Shown: positions 63,567 through 64,000 of the stretch, piece by piece
Layout of the letters: each line of letters begins with the position of its first letter
Numbering within the stretch: the first letter of the stretch is position 1
DNA from: Toensbergia leucococca
Taxonomy: Eukaryota
Direction: 5' to 3'
Assembly: GCA_022813965.1 (NCBI GenBank)
Contig: JALDZS010000049.1
Location: 1-64,000 of the forward strand
Length of the DNA: 64,000 bases
The notes under the pieces: generated by a model
What the model saw: only the letters and a program-made list of their open reading frames with translations
Databases searched by the model: none
What the model was told of the DNA's origin: nothing
Position numbers and translations under genes: made by a program

Positions 63567-64000
63567 TCACTTGACCTTACTCATAATTGTCTCCACCTGT
63601 TCCCTTACAACATACATTTCCGCAGCCTTGGCCTTCACACCACCCAACATCGCTCTATCAAAATCATCCCTTGCCCGCAAGACAGCCTCCACCCAACTCA
63701 TCTGCAAATCCCAACACACGTTCTTGAAATCCTCATACGTCCCCGCCACCGCACTCTTATCCGCCTGTAGCATTCTCACTAGGCAATCTACCGCCCTCCA
63801 CTTCTGCTTGATCATAACGAAATCGGGGAATTTCTGGAAAAACGCAAACGCGGCAAGGACGTCATCTTTAAATTTTTCCGTGAACGGATCAGAACGGCGG
63901 AATTTGGCGCCTTTATTACGGACAGAGGAGAGGTACCGGGCCAAGAGGTCGTCGGCGAGTTCTTCGACAAATATGTCAACAAGACTGTGGTGGAGCACTT
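63567..64000 (-). CDS. SEC6: Exocyst component Sec6, C-terminal part (truncated by the window end)
   Basis: YLSSVRNKGAKFRRSDPF, WDLQMSWVEAVLRARDDFDR and ETIMSKVK*. Confidence 0.85.
   Translation of the reverse strand, partial: VLHHSLVDIFVEELADDLLARYLSSVRNKGAKFRRSDPFTEKFKDDVLAAFAFFQKFPDFVMIKQKWRAVDCLVRMLQADKSAVAGTYEDFKNVCWDLQMSWVEAVLRARDDFDRAMLGGVKAKAAEMYVVREQVETIMSKVK

Noticed and set aside
62931..63574. Several overlapping ORFs between RRP12 and SEC6
   Set aside because: No consistent gene model or motif emerges, and they overlap the SEC6 stop and 3' UTR. An orphan gene is possible but unsupported.
1..64000. tRNA, rRNA, secondary-metabolite cluster, Starship/captain recombinase, meiotic-drive or HET/NLR genes
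   Set aside because: I looked for them and recognised no supporting motifs by eye.

Overview
This window is gene-dense, intron-rich genomic DNA from a filamentous ascomycete (Pezizomycotina). The evidence is short GT-AG introns with CTRAY branch points, RIP-type decay of a transposon, and a typical fungal gene set. The left edge (1-1400) is a RIP-destroyed pogo/Fot1 DNA transposon with its terminal repeat intact. About 24 protein-coding genes follow: GEP3, MRP49, COX12, an NDUFA4/MLRQ-family gene missed by the ORF track, an RRM-only Cyp33-like gene, SEC31, GET2, a Y-family polymerase, a candidate PP1 regulator, a Mug190-like SMP/C2 protein, GlcNAc-6-P deacetylase, acetyl-CoA synthetase, an ADAM protease, SSN6/CYC8, RPL3, a NuiA-like protein, KRE6, a PDH kinase, an SGNH-like membrane protein, SIF2, a TMEM115-like protein, RRP12, the 3' end of SEC6, and small hypothetical genes. 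There is also a 594-bp MITE with an 8-bp target-site duplication and one or two pseudogenes. I see no clear new multi-gene system. The best leads are: a frameshifting tandem duplication in SEC31 that could be a newborn intron; two 3-nt microexons; a head-to-head COX12/NDUFA4 pair; a fungal NuiA-like nuclease-inhibitor fold; frequent AAG splice acceptors; and a recurrent intergenic TACG(G)AGTA/TACCTAGGTA motif family. All identifications come from motif recognition by eye, with no database search.
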